This document shows positions 1 to 12,784 of a stretch of DNA of 64,000 nucleotides, in pieces. The notes below the pieces were generated by a model. The model searched no databases. It saw nothing but the letters and a program-made list of their open reading frames with translations, and was not told where the DNA came from. The position numbers were made by a program, and so were the translations under genes. The number at the start of each line of letters is the position of its first letter. Position 1 is the stretch's first letter. Origin of the DNA: Laetmonice hystrix (Eukaryota); assembly GCA_965235115.1 (NCBI GenBank), contig OZ249440.1, positions 35,218,001 to 35,282,000 on the forward strand. Reading direction: 5' to 3'.

Positions 1-780
1 GGACTTTCGCTTGTCAAACGGAGATGGTGTGGGTCAATGGGGATAAACCTGTGACCTACCCTGATCCCGCTGACAGCACAAACGAACCACCTAAGAAAGC
101 TCTCTCGAGTAAGCCACCTAAGAAAGCCGCCTCAACACAGAGCCAGACAACCTCGGTTCCTCCTCCACAGGCCGGGCCGAGTACCAAGGAACCATCTCTG
201 AAAAACGATTAACCAAATACCAAAGAGCCATTCTGGTTCGACAAGACCTCATCCATAGCCCTGTAACAATAGACACACCATTACAAGCAATAGCCATTCG
301 CCTAACTCTGCATAAAGCCATCACTATCTGTTCCATATATATTCCGCCAAACAGTGTCTTGACCCAACAGGATCTTGATGATCTAGTGGGTCAACTACCA
401 TCCCCATATCTCCTTTTAGGAGACTTTAACGGCCACAATCCCTTATGGGGTGGCACCACAACTGATGGCAAGGGCAAGAGGATTGAAGAGTTCATTGATA
501 ATCATGCTCTATGCATTTTTAATGATGGTTCAAACACATACCTACATCCTGGTCATGGCACCTATACAGCCATTGACCTTGCAATAGCTGAACCAGATCT
601 GCTGCTGGATTTCTCTTGGAGGGTCTGGGATGACCTTTGCGGGAGTGACCACTTTCCCACCATACATACCTATGAAGGACCCAACATTGGGGAAAAACAA
701 CAAAGGTGGCAACTTAAGAAAGCTGACTGGCACTCCTTCCAGACCCTCTGTCGGGAGGAATTCAGAGCAGACACCATTAA

Positions 781-1160
781 CCCATTAAGGACGGGTGATG
801 CCTTGAGGCATTCCCGGGCGGGGGCCGGATGATGCCCTGAGGCATTCCCGGGTGGGGGCCAGATGATGCCTTGAGGCATCATTTGACTTACGTCAGAGCC
901 CACTGTGTATAGTGCGACAACGCAGCGCTGTGACGTAACGTCACAATTGAGTGCTAGATCTAGACCAACTCTAGACTCAATTCCCTACTTTTGTCTAAAA
1001 CATGGATCATTTTTCTGGGGATGACAGTGATTGGAAGCATGGACAGCAATCTGTTATCGCATGTGGCCGCCCAGTATGGCCCGTCCTTACAGCACATTCA
1101 CGCAATTGTTACGTCGTCACTAGTGCACGTCTCGGCCACAAGGGGCCCGTCTCGAAAGGG
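781..1160. mobile_element. piggyBac-type non-autonomous element (MITE)
   Basis: TTAA duplicated at 777-780 and 1161-1164; removing the insert restores LINE sequence CATTAACGATCC; termini CCCATTAAGGACGGG / CCCGTCTCGAAAGGG form an imperfect 15-bp inverted repeat (11/15) with CCC...GGG ends. Confidence 0.85.
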
Positions 1161-1498
1161 TTAACGATCCTGAAGCAATGGATGATTTCACCTCGCTTAT
1201 AATCTCCATTGCAGACAGGACAGTTCCTAAAACCTCGACAATTCCTAAACATGTCTCAAATCCATGGTTTAATGATGAATGCAAGCAGGCAATTAAAGAC
1301 CGGAAGAAAGCAGAACGCCTTTTTAACAGGCACCCAACTGCAGTGAACCTCACTAATTTTAAAATCATGAGAGCACGGCACGCCGTATCTGTAAAGAGAG
1401 ACGGAGGCAGAGCTGGAGAGACTATGTCTCCAGCCTGACCTCTCGTACTCCCATCACAAAAATCTGGAACATGATACGGAAACTTAAAGGCAAGGGAG

Positions 1499-1654
1499 TA
1501 GTGAGTAGTGGTGGTTTTCCGCTGTGCCGGCATCCGGGGCCATCTTCACGGCGAAAACAGGGTTAAAAGACCATGAAATGAAAGGAACCTATTTTATCCC
1601 AGGCCCCAACGGGAATATCATTAAAACACACTCCATCCTGTCAGCCCAACCGGG
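1499..1654 (-). mobile_element. 156-bp 5'-truncated I-group LINE (3' UTR plus tail only), antisense inside a copy of its own family
   Basis: Matches the 3' UTR of 18081-18250; 14-bp TSD TAAAGGCAAGGGAG at 1485-1498 and 1655-1668. Confidence 0.92.
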
Positions 1655-3771
1655 TAAAGGCAAGGGAGGTGGTACTGGAGTTCAACACTTAAAACATCAA
1701 AACACCTTATTAACCACCACAGATGCAATAGCAAACAAACTAGCCGAAACATTTCAAACAAACTCTTCCTCCAGGAACTGCCTCCCTCAATTCCAAGCCA
1801 TTCGTCCTCAAAAAGAGAAACAAAAACTAAACTTCCATTCTGACAACAGAGAAGAGTACAACCAACTCTTCTCTATTGAAGAACTCAAATGCTCTCTTAA
1901 AAAATCACACGACACTGCAGTTGGACCTGACAAAATACATTACCAAATTTTAAAACATTTACCTGACACCATCCTTCTCATCCTTCTTCACATTTTCAAC
2001 AATATCTGGATATCTGGTAATGTACCTCTTTCCTGGCAAGAAGCAATAATCATCCCCATCCCAAAACCAGGAAAAGACCATAGTGAAGCTAACAACAAGT
2101 TGCTTATGCAAAACCATGGAGAGAATGATTAATGATCGCCTCGTCTGGAAGCTGGATTCTGAGCAGCTCCTAACCGAGTTTCAGTGTGGCTTCCGGCGAG
2201 TACTCTCGATCATCTCATCAGACTCGAGACATACATCCGAAATGCTTTTATCAACCGTGAACATATTGTTGCCATCTTTTTCGACCTTGAAAAGGCATAC
2301 GACACAACATGGAAGTACGGCATTTTAAAAGGTTTCCATGATATGGGTTTTAGAGGGCGTTTGCCCCTTTTCATATCTCAGTTTTTAACCAACAGACATT
2401 TTCAAGAATTAGGTGTGCCTCAGGGAAACATTTTGTCCGTTACCCTTTTTAGTATTAAGATCAACAGCATTGTTAACTCAGTTAAAACTGGCATGCCCTG
2501 CAGCCTGTTCGTCGATGACTTTGCCGTATGCTGCAGAGGCAAAAACATGAATGCCATTAAGAGGCAGCTCCAACTCTGTCTCAACAGAATCCACACTTGG
2601 TCGGTGGAAAATGGTTTTAAATTTTCAAAATCTAAAACGGTCTGCATGCATTTCTGCAAACTGCCTGCTTTCCACCTTGACCCCGAGTTGACAATGGATG
2701 GAGATCCTATTAAGGTCATTAAGGAGACAAAGTTTCTGAGACTTACTTTTGACAGCAAGCTGTCTTTTATCCCTCACATTAAATCACTTAAATCCAGATG
2801 CCTTAAGGCTCTGGATGTTCTCAAGGTTTTATCTGGCACAAACTGGGGGGCAGACAGTACAGTCCTTTTACAACTGTACAGAGCTTTAATCCAATCGAAG
2901 ATCGATTACGGTAGTGTAGCAGTTTTCCCGGCCTGGACATTAGATCCTGGACGAGGGTTGCTAATTATGTAGCGGACCATTCATTAAAGGTGGAATGTCG
3001 GACACGTGAACGTAGGAGGAATTATTATCTGCTTTATACGAGTTCTCACTAGCTAGAAAAGGTCTGGGCTAAGGGAGAATACTGGGCGTACTTCTCGTTG
3101 TGTTCAATAAGTACTTCATTAATAGGAGACAACTAGAATCGATCACTGGATGGTGATACTTGCATGGTGGGTTAACTCAAGTGATGACTCGTCACACCGA
3201 CATGTGGAAAAATATAGTAGCTTTAATAAAATAATAACGTATTTACAACAGGTGTTACTGCCACATCAGACTGTCGCTACCAAGCCATTGGCTATTCTTT
3301 GGCCTACAATGGCTACAACAATCAGTCTCACCCACAGATCTCTCTCTCAAACATCAAAATACCGTACTAATAGTAACTTAAACCTTGGACCAAGCCAGAG
3401 AAGCGCATCGGCCTACAATCTGGTTTGACCTGCATAAACTTTATAACCTTAAGTGTGACCCAATTAGGCACATCACTCTCTCAGCATGAACTTGACTGAA
3501 TAAAAGAACAACAAAATACCTATAATCTAACCCAATATAATCTGGCCTAGGCTAGATGACACAATAGAACACGTCACGGGTACGGTACTGGCACATACCA
3601 GATCATGACCCCTGCCCTGGATTTAAATACCTAATCCCTACAAACAATACAAGATGGCGCCGGCCAGCGCGTCCCCCACATGGCTAGGCCTAACTCGCCC
3701 TAAGGCTGACTTAAAGATAAACAATGTCAATGAATGCAACATGATCAAGTAACCTCGTACCTGCCAATGCG

Positions 3772-4146
3772 CAGGGCTTGTCTTTTAAGGCGCGCAATTG
3801 CGCGCGCGCGCCATGGCGCGCCTAAAATGGGACAGAGGCGCGCAAAAAAACGCGCACCTTGCAAAAATAAAACTTGAAAATTCACGCGCCTTGGACTACT
3901 TGTAATGTATATAATACTTATGTGCTTGTGCCCTGGCAGTAACCATGTGCCTATGGTTGATCATTAACAGAAGTCAAGATGGATGGGATGTGTGACGGTT
4001 GCGAGGATACACACTATTACACCTCATCTGACCCAAGAATAAATTGTGCGCCTACCACATTTTAGTTGCACAAAAAAAATGCGCGCCTACCTCTTTCAAG
4101 GCGCACAAAATTTTGTGCACCTGCTTCTTTCAAAGGACAAGCCCTG
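3772..4146. mobile_element. MITE with CAGGG-type (hAT-like) TIRs
   Basis: CAGGGCTTGTC ... GACAAGCCCTG inverted termini; AATGCG duplicated at 3766-3771 and 4147-4152; internal GCGCGC-rich motifs. Confidence 0.8.
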
Positions 4147-4174
4147 AATGCGATGGATGGATGATCTGATACAG

Positions 4175-4345
4175 GGAAGGGAACGGGAAGGCGGGAGGCT
4201 GGTGCGGTCGGAGTGGTCGTCGACCCGGCAGCTGCCGTGGACACGACGGGGAAGGGAGCGGTGGAGGCTGGTGCGGTCGGGCGGTCGTCGACCCGGCAGG
4301 TGCCGTGGTCACGACGGGGAAGGGAGCGGTGGAGGCTGGTGGCTG
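4175..4345. repeat. GC-rich tandem repeat, 68-bp unit, about 2.5 copies
   Basis: ACGACGGGGAAGGGAGCGGTGGAGGCTGGTG recurs at 4243 and 4311, with a degenerate copy upstream. Confidence 0.8.
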
Positions 4346-5969
4346 CGGAGACGGGAGACGTCCACGCCGACCCGGCAAATACCGTTATCGGCGTGAGAGA
4401 TACGGGTGGCTGATGTCAACGTGTGTAAAATTCTCTCCTCTGTCTCTCTGGGGCGGCCGAAACGGCCGTATTTATAGCTCTGGGTGGGTTGGCCAGGAGC
4501 CAATGAGAACGGGCCCACCCGGATGAACAGAAGACGGGATAAATGATGGACGGAAATCGTCATCCTCTAAAAATAACTGGGATCCATGGACGGAAGTGTC
4601 TAACCCCATCCCCAAAATAAAACAATAAGAGATAATACTAATTAAAAGAACGGTAAAAACAATTATCCTAATAAAATAAAGGAGGTTTGGGCCGGTTAAA
4701 TATAAAAACCCACAAACAAAAGGTAAAAGTTGACCCAGGGTTCTCAGGCAGCCTGGCAGGCTGTCGTCGGGCGGAAACAAAATGGCGACCATCCATCTCT
4801 AAAGTTCATGTTGCATTAGATTAAGTTCCAGTTTTACAATAAATACACAATGTCACAATGAATCTGGAACATGGAAATAAGCTACTACTATGGTGAATAT
4901 ATACAGGTACTTTGAACTGCAGAACTCTGGTGGGTACATAATATTCTGCGCATAATACGCCCATTATCGTCCAGGTTCGCTACACTACCCCCACCTTGGA
5001 CGAATGCGTCCTCGCATTTAAAAAATTACCTTGGGGTACCAATGAAAAGCGAACCTGGGCCTTACCTTACCCACATAACAATTCCACAGTACAATCATAA
5101 AACTTAAAAATACAAATGCTTACACATACAAATCAAAAGCACAAGTACAAGTGTTTAACAAACAAAAGAAAGTTTTTAACCTCTTAAAATCTACACACAC
5201 ATAGTTATACATTGTTTCAGGTTCCACCAGTTAACTGTAGTGACAGTTTAAATTACGAACACAATCAAATACAAATGGTTTTACCTGAGACTTTACATAA
5301 AAAAAATATAGTATAGTATGGTCTGTTTTATGTATTTGGCACTTTAACTCACAATAAGAAATATGATCACAACTGCTTTACCTGAGCATAACTGGCATTA
5401 ACAATATACCTGCAAACTTCTCCAACCAATACCATACTCCTACTCGTCATCGGTTTCCCAGCCGGCCATGGCTGGTGGCTTCTCTGGGGCGTGATCCGGT
5501 GTCAGGCAGCCGATGCTGCTGCCCATTCCGCTGCTGCTGCCGTCGCTGCTGTCACTGTCGCTGTCGTCTTGGTCTGGTTGAGCTGGGGCCGGTGGTGCTG
5601 CTGGTGGACTGGTTGGCGGGTTTCTAGGAGGGGCCTCAGGGGACGGGCGGAGATCCCCCATCATATTCTCTGGGACCAAGAACTCCCTGGTTGTTTAGGG
5701 GGTGCTGTGGCCATACGGCGACGTTGTGACACTTGTCACGCTCCGCATCCAGAGGATGGCTGTCACTGGATGCCAGTCCTCTGGACGGAGGAACTGGGCC
5801 ACACCTCGTGGTCCATCATCTTGGTAGCCAGTGAGTGAGTGAGTAGTGGTGGTTTTCCGCCGTGTCGGCATCTGAGGCCATATTCACGGCGAATACAGAG
5901 TTATAAGACCATAAAACCAAAGGAACCTATTTTATCCCGGGTCCCAACGGGAACACCACCAAAACACAT

Positions 5970-8900
5970 CTATAAAAGATTCAGAAGTCCAGCCTCTGAC
6001 AAGAACTCTAAAATCACTTCTGGTCTGATATTGCTAAAAAGATCCTTAAGACTTGTCTCATTATAAAACCTTTGTCTGATGAGAGTAAAATCACCACATT
6101 CGAGTAAAAGATGCTTCAGTGTCAAAGGACACTGACAGCCATGACATTCTGGAGGTGGCTCCCCCTTCAATAAAAACACATGAGTTAATCTAGAATGACC
6201 AACTCTGCATCGAGTAAAAACAATTTCATGCCTCCATTGGGTTAGGCCATGATGATACCTTTGGTTTACGATGGGACTGATCTGATACAACTTATTGTTT
6301 GGCTGTTCATCCCATTCGGCCTGCCATTTGTTTTTAACATAAGCCCAGACGGTAGGCCTGAGGTCAGAGGCTGGGATTGGACACAATTCGACGTCTGTTT
6401 CAAGCGCTCTCTTGGCAGTTCTGTCGGCTTGCTCATTGCCCGGTATGCCAACATGGCCGGGCACCCAGCAAAAGTGAATATCAAAGTTTGCATTGGCAAG
6501 CACCGCCAACTTGGACAAGATTTGGACGATCACTGGGTGATCTGTGTTCAAGTTAGCAAGTGCCTGCAGACAGGATAAGGAATCCGAGAAAATGAGGAAG
6601 TCCTTTTTGCCAGAAACTTCAATATTTTGAAGGGCAAGAAGCAGGGCCCGGGCCTCTGCTGAGAAGATGGAACTTTGCCCTGAGATGCGGGTACCGAAGT
6701 TGTGCTTGCCATAAACTGCCGCCGCAGACACATCACTGCCATCCTTTGAGCCATCAGTATAAAAGGCATAATGAGACGGATACCTTGCCTGGACGTCAAG
6801 GAAATGGTCAAAATATGTCAGGGGATGAGTCTCAGACTTCTCAGTTGAGTCAACTGAAGGATGACATCAGGCTTTTCTAGGTCCCAAGGAGGGATATTGC
6901 AAAAGTGTGTCTGCCCCAGGACGTTCAGATCAACATCCAGTTCCTCTAGATGAGGTTTCACCCTCAGTCCAAAAGGACGTATGTACGTTTCCTTTCTTTC
7001 ATATAAATGTTGGAACTGAGGGTGAAAGACGCAATTGTAAGCTGGATTTGAACTGTTTGTCCTGAGCTTGACTGCATACTGCAGAGCCAGCTTCAGACGC
7101 CTGTTGTAAAGCGAGGGCTCTCTGGCCTCCACATAGAGGCTCTGAACAGGAGACGTTCTAAAAGCCCCAAGTGAAAGCCGCAAACCCTGGTGGTGAACCG
7201 TGTCCAAAAGCCGTATGTAAGACTTACAAGCAGAGCCGTAAACTATGCTGCCGTAATCGAGCTTCGACCAGATTAAAGCTCTGTACAGTTGTAAAAGGAC
7301 TTTACTGTCTGCCCCCCAGTTTGTGCCAGATAAAACCTTGAGAACATCCAGAGCCTTAAGGCATCTGTATTTTAGCGATTTAATGTGTGGAATAAAAGAC
7401 TTGCTGTCAAAAGTGAGACCTAGAAACTTTGTCTCTTTAACAACTTTGACGGGATCTCCATCCATTGTCCACTCGGGGTCAAGATGGAAGGCACGCAGCT
7501 TGCAAAAGTGCATGCAGACCGTTTTAGATTTAGAAAACTTAAAACCATTTTCCACCGACCAAGTATGGATTCTATTAAGACAAAGCTGGAGTTGTCTTTC
7601 AATGGCATTCATGTTTTTGGCTCTGCAGCAGACGTTAAAGTCATCAACGAACAGGCTGCAGGGCATACCAGTTTTAACGGATTTAACAATGCTGTTGATC
7701 TTAAGACTAAAAAGGGTAACAGACAAAATGCTTCCCTGAGGCACACCTAATTCTTGGTCATGCAAGTCAGAGAGGGTAGTGCCTACTCTGACTTGAAAGT
7801 GTCTGTTCGATAAAAACCGAGAAATAAAAATGGGCAAACGCCCCCTAAAACCCATATCATGCAAATCTTTTAAAATGCCGTACTTCCATGTTGTGTCGTA
7901 TGCCTTTTCTAGGTCAAAAAAGACGGCAACAACATGTTCACGGTTGATAAAAGCATCTCGGATGTATGTCTCGAGTCTAATGAGATGATCGAGAGTACTT
8001 CTCCCTCGCCGGAAGCCGCACTGAAACTCAGTGATGAGTTACTCCAGCTTCCAGACGAGGCGATCATTAATCATTCTCTCCATGGTTTTACACAAGCAAC
8101 TTGTTAGGGCTATTGGTCTGTAATTGTTAGCTTCACTATGGTCTTTTCCTGGTTTTGGGATGGGAATGATTATTGCTTCTTGCCAGGAAAGTGGAATATT
8201 ACCAGTTATCCAAATATTGTTGAAAATGTGGAGAAGGATGAGAAGTGTGGTGTCGGGTAAATGTTTGAGGAATTGGTAATGTATTTTATCAGGTCCAACT
8301 GCAGTGTCGTGTGATTTTTTAAGAGAGCATCTTAGTTCTTCAATGGAGAAGAGTTGGTTATACTCTTCTCTGTTGTCAGAGTTAAAGTTTAGTTGTTTTT
8401 TTTCTTTATGAGCACGAATGGCTTTGAATTGAGGGAGGCAGTTACTGGAGGAGGGGTTTGTTTGAAAGGTATCAGCCAGTTTGTTTGCTATTGCATCTGT
8501 GGTGGTTAGTAAGGTGTCTTGATGTTTTAAGTGTTGGACTCCAGTACCACCTCCCTTAGCTTTAAGTTTCTGTATCATGTTCCAGACTTTTTTTATGGGA
8601 GTACGAGAGGTCAGGCTGGAGACGTAGTCTCTCCAGCTCTGCCTCCGTCTCTCTTTACAGATACGGCGTGCCCTTGCTCTCATGATTTTATAATTAGTAA
8701 GGTTTACTGCAGTTGGATGCCTGTTGAAAAGGCGTTCTGCCTTTTTCCGGTCTTCAATTGCTTGCTTGCATTCATCATCAAACCATGGATTTGAGACATG
8801 TTTAGGAATTGTCGAGGTTTTAGGAATTGTCTTGTCTGCAATGGAGATGAAAAGTGAGGTAAAATGCTCCATTGCATCAGGATCGTTAATGTTGTCTGCT

Positions 8901-8990
8901 GTGAATTCCTCCCGTCAGTCGGCTTTTTTAAGTTGCCACCTTTGTTGTTTTTCCCCCATGTCAGGCCCTTCATATGCAAGTATGGTGGAA
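5970..8990 (-). pseudogene. LINE ORF2 remnant (RT, RNase H, CCHC), frameshifted
   Basis: ORFs 8039..8872, 6818..7864 and 5970..6731: YRPIALTS, FVDD, WVPGHVGIPGNE, CHGC...H...C. Confidence 0.92.
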
Positions 8991-10027
8991 GGGGGGGGTT
9001 TGCTCGGTCCGGCCTGTGGAGGAGGAACCGAGGTGGTCTGGCTCTGGGTTGAAACGGCTTTTTTCGGTGGTTGACTCGTGCTGTCAGTGGGATCAGTGTA
9101 GGTCGTGGGAACATCCCTCTTGACCCACACCATCTCAGTTTGACACGCGAATGTCCGTGTGGTGGGTTTAGTAGCGGCAGCATAGGTTTTTACAGTTGGT
9201 GGTAGCATGTACTGCTCCACCAACTTGCGTGCCTCAGGAAAACTGATCTTTCTTTCGGTTTTCACTTTAAGGATCTCTTTTTCCTTTTTCCACACAGAAC
9301 AATCACGCGAAATGGCAGAATGGCCTTCCCCGCAGTTGGCACATTTGGCGGGTCTCTGACAATCATTATGTTCATGGCCTGTTTCGGAGCATTTCGAACA
9401 TTTCTGCACATTCCGACACGAGTCGGTCCCATGCCCAAATCTCTGGCATTTAAAACACCTAAGAGGGTTTGGGATGTAGGGATCCACCTTTACTTTAAGG
9501 AAACCAACTTCGAGTTCCTCTGGTAGAATGGGCCTGTCAAAAGTGAGGAAGTAAGTGTGTGTCTTTATGGTAATACCATCTCTTTTCACAATCAGCCTCC
9601 TCACTTCTGACACACCCTGCCAGCTCAATCCAGCAAGGATCTCCTCTTCTGGTGTTGTATCAAGGGAGTAGGTACGAATAACACCTTTGCAGGAATTGAG
9701 TGACCGGTGCCGAGAGCCCTTGATGCCATAACCCGCCAGTGTTGTCGCACGTAGCAGGTTCTCAGCTTGGGCCCTCGTGGCACACTCTACCAAAAGCTGG
9801 CCAGATCTTAAGCGTTTGCAGTCCTTGACTGTTCCAGCTATCCCCAGTATGCCTTTATGAATGGCAAATGGGGACAGCTTGGAAAGTGGTCGTTCAGGGT
9901 CAGAGGGTTCAATAACAATGAATCTTGGCCATTCCACTGCAATTTGATGTTCGTCATCCACAGACCGGTCCGAGTCGTCATCATTAAGTTTCAGAATTTT
10001 GCGTTTTGTTGGGTTTTTGGATGCCAT
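8915..10027 (-). pseudogene. LINE ORF1 (subfamily B; gag-like, three CCHC knuckles) fused by deletion to the post-APE linker of ORF2
   Basis: MASKNPTKRK...CFKCQRFGH...CSKCSETGH...CANCGEGH; ends PPP|STILAYEGPD...KKAD*. Confidence 0.9.
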
Positions 10028-11103
10028 GGTTGTGTTATATTGTTTCACCAACCCTATTCCTCACCCACCACGGAGCCCAACGAGGGGAAATGCAGAGCTG
10101 CGGTAACCAGCAGTTGCAAAACAAGGATATAGGGTTGGTATACTCAAGCAATGGAACGAAAGAGGGTGTTACCATTACTCGATTGACCCTAGCCACCGCC
10201 TTCTAGGAGTAAAGAATAAATAGTTACGATAGATGTTGCCTATTGTAATAGAGCATTAAATGCACTAGAAAGTAAAGTTTACTCAATATATAAAATCCTA
10301 GGGCAAGGCGTGACCAGCCGATTGATTGGATCGGGCCTTTCCAACCTCCCGTCTAGGTGAAGTAGGAGCCAAAGCACCGTGTTGGACCTGTAAAAAGCCG
10401 CAGCAATTCACCGTCCTCAGGTACCAGGACCTCTTCCTCCACCGACACGAGTCGCGACTCACGGCAAACAAGTCGCCCCATGTATTCGCCTCTTACGAAC
10501 AGCCAGGGGGGGGGGGGCTGGGGAACATTCTTACCCCGGTCCCCACGGGGGTCTTGGTAGCCAGCCTGGGTGGCTACACTTTTCTTTACTGGCTGTCTTG
10601 TGGGTGCAGGTCTCTGCTGCTGCCTTAGTTGAGGGTAGGGTTGATGTTGTCTCTGTGGCTTTGGTCTAGCTTGTGGCCGACTGAATGGTGATGGATGGAT
10701 CACTGGGCTGCCCAACTCAAAGCTAGGGGGGCTGCCCAGCTCTGACGTTGCTGACGAGGGCAAAGCCTGTGCTGGCGACCATAGAGCTGGGGTTGCTGAT
10801 AAGGGTGATGGTGGGGCTGTGGTGATGGCTGCAGGGGTGAGGGGTGCAACTGCACTGGCTATGGTTGCAGTTGGCGTGGTTGGTGACGTGGTTGTGGTTG
10901 TGGTTGTGGCTGTAGTTGTTGGTGAGGCTGCAGTGTCAGTGGTTTCTTCAGTTGGGGTTGTAGTGGCTGAGTTTGCTGGTCCGGGGCTAGGTGCTGTTAT
11001 GGCATCAGATGGTGGGGCTGCTGAATTGATGGCCTCCAACTATCGAGCTTCACTCTAGCGATCCCTGCTGGTTTGGTTTCACCGTATCTTAGTTCGAGCT
11101 CCC

Positions 11104-12784
11104 CTAACGCTCCGCCATTCGTTCAAAGGGACGGATAAAGGCTTCCCAGCTCTCCTTCTCCCTACCTTCGAATGTAGCCATTTTTGGCCACGACAAAGGG
11201 TGTCCCATTTGTGTAGCCCTGCTACCTACAATGTTTTGAGCTGTGTTGCTCATGGTATGTTGACCCATGCTACCTGTGGTAGCATCCCGTTCACGGAGGA
11301 TAGTATTACTTAGCCTCGCCCGGGGCGGTCCTTGTTGAGCTTGCCGCTCAATTACCCCAAGAGTTGCTGCATACTCTTCTTCAAAGAGTCGCTGCTTCTC
11401 CGCGTCCCGTTCGCGAAGACTAGGGGTGGAAGTACGTACCTGCGGTATCGCTGAGAGAGGTACAGGTTGAGCGTATCGGTCTTGAGGGTTCGCTAGAGGG
11501 GCGACAAGCGGAGCATCTCGCTCCTGAGGGAGCGGAGCAATAGTAGGAGGGTGCTGCATCCCTGTGGGATGCTTAGGCCAACCCTGTCTCAAGATGGAGG
11601 CAGGGTTGGCATAGTTGGAGGTCTAAGTACTGGTTGGCATGGGGAAAGTGGCGGTGGAGTCAAAGCCTCAGCACCTATCACTTCCTCCTCCTGCCTGGGG
11701 GCTTCTAGCCTCTCCATCATCACGTATAACACTTGAGTCATTTGGTTTTGACTTGCTTCCAGTCTTGCGCGACCCTCCTGGTCTATTCGAGCGCGCTCCT
11801 CCTCTCGCAGGGCATGCTCTGCCTCCACATGCCTCTGTCTTTCTATTTCAAATTGGGCTTGTTCCTCCCTCTTCCTTTCCCTCTCTATTTCTCGTTCCTG
11901 CCTCTGCCTCTGCCTCTCTATATCTCGTTCCTGCCTCTGCCTCTCTATATCTCGTTCCTGCCTCCGTCTCTCTATATCTCGTTCCTCCCTCCTTTTTTCC
12001 GAATCACGGTGGCAGTGCTTGCCAATGAAAACTTTGATATTCACTTTTGCTGGGTGCCTGGTCATGTTGGCATCCCCGGCAATGAGCAAGCAGACAGAAC
12101 TGCCAAGAGAGCTCTTGAAACAGACGTCGAATTGTGTCCAATCCCAGCCTCTGACCTCAGACCTACCATCTGGGCTTATGTTAAAAACAAATGGCAGGCC
12201 GAATGGGATGAACAACCAAACAATAAGTTGTATCAGATCAGTCCCATCGTAAACCAAAGGTATCATCATGGCCTAACCCAACGGAGGCATGAAATTGTTT
12301 TTACTCGATGCAGAGTTGGTCATTCTAGATTAACTCATGTGTTTTTATTGAAGGGGGAGCCACCTCCAGAATGTCATGGCTGTCAGTGTCCTTTGACACT
12401 GAAGCATCTTTTACTCGAATGTGGTGATTTTACTCTCATCAGACAAAGGTTTTATAATGAGACAAGTTTTAAGGATCTTTTTAGCAATATCAGACCAGGA
12501 GTGATTTTAGAGTTCTTGTCAGAGGCTGGACTTCTGAATCTTTTATAGATGTGTTTTGGTGGTGTTCCCGTTGGGACCCGGGATAAAATAGGTTCCTTTG
12601 GTTTTATGATCTTATAACTCTGTTTTCGCCGTGAATATGGCCCCAGATGCCGACACGGCGCAAAACCACCACTACTCACTCACTCCGAATCACGGAGGAA
12701 AGATGCGAGTTCTCCAATGCTCTCTCTGAATGAAAACTCCTCCCTCTCCTCCTCCACAACTTTCATTTGGGCTTTAGGAGGCAT
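11104..12784 (-). pseudogene. Gypsy-like gag (coiled-coil ERDIERQRQ repeats plus start of capsid), interrupted by a LINE at 12010-12683
   Basis: MPPKAQMKVVEEERE...ELASFLRDS reads across the TSD into EKRREERDIERRRQ; later WPKMATFEGREKESWEAFIRPFERMAER resembles a retrotransposon capsid start; stops/frameshift present. Confidence 0.7.
12010..12683 (+). mobile_element. 5'-truncated I-group LINE, subfamily B (RNase H end, CCHC, 3' UTR, tail)
   Basis: 12-bp TSD TCCGAATCACGG at 11998-12009 and 12684-12695; tail ACTACTCACTCAC. Confidence 0.95.

Larger units (their letters stand above)
1..2914 (+). mobile_element. Degenerate I-group LINE copy: ORF1 C-terminus joined by a deletion to ORF2 APE/RT; two nested insertions; 3' part cut off by an LTR
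   Basis: ORFs 24..212, 359..832, 1178..1438, 1524..2132 and 2184..2972 match the intact copy at 18265-23243 (GDFNGH, SDHFP, FFDLEKAYD, GVPQG, FVDD) with frameshifts; homology stops at GATTACGGTAG (2914). Confidence 0.93.
2915..4984 (-). repeat. Putative 3' LTR of a Gypsy-like element (about 2.07 kb including a MITE insertion)
   Basis: TGTAGC...GCTACA termini; minus-strand polypurine tract GGTGGGGGTAG at 4985-4995 abuts it; minus-strand TATAAATA near 4470 and ATTAAA near 3225 are in LTR order; left end coincides with the LINE break. Confidence 0.7.
5832..10551 (-). mobile_element. I-group LINE, subfamily B, both ends intact, internal deletion of most of APE
   Basis: 13-bp TSD TCTTGGTAGCCAG at 5819-5831 and 10552-10564; 5' end CCCCCGTGGGGACCGGGG; 3' (CACT)n tail; ORF1 and fragmented ORF2. 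Confidence 0.95.

Noticed and set aside
11589..12548. ORFs 11589..12269 (-) and 11733..12548 (+) as genes
   Set aside because: Chimeras across the TSD-defined LINE/gag junction at 12009.
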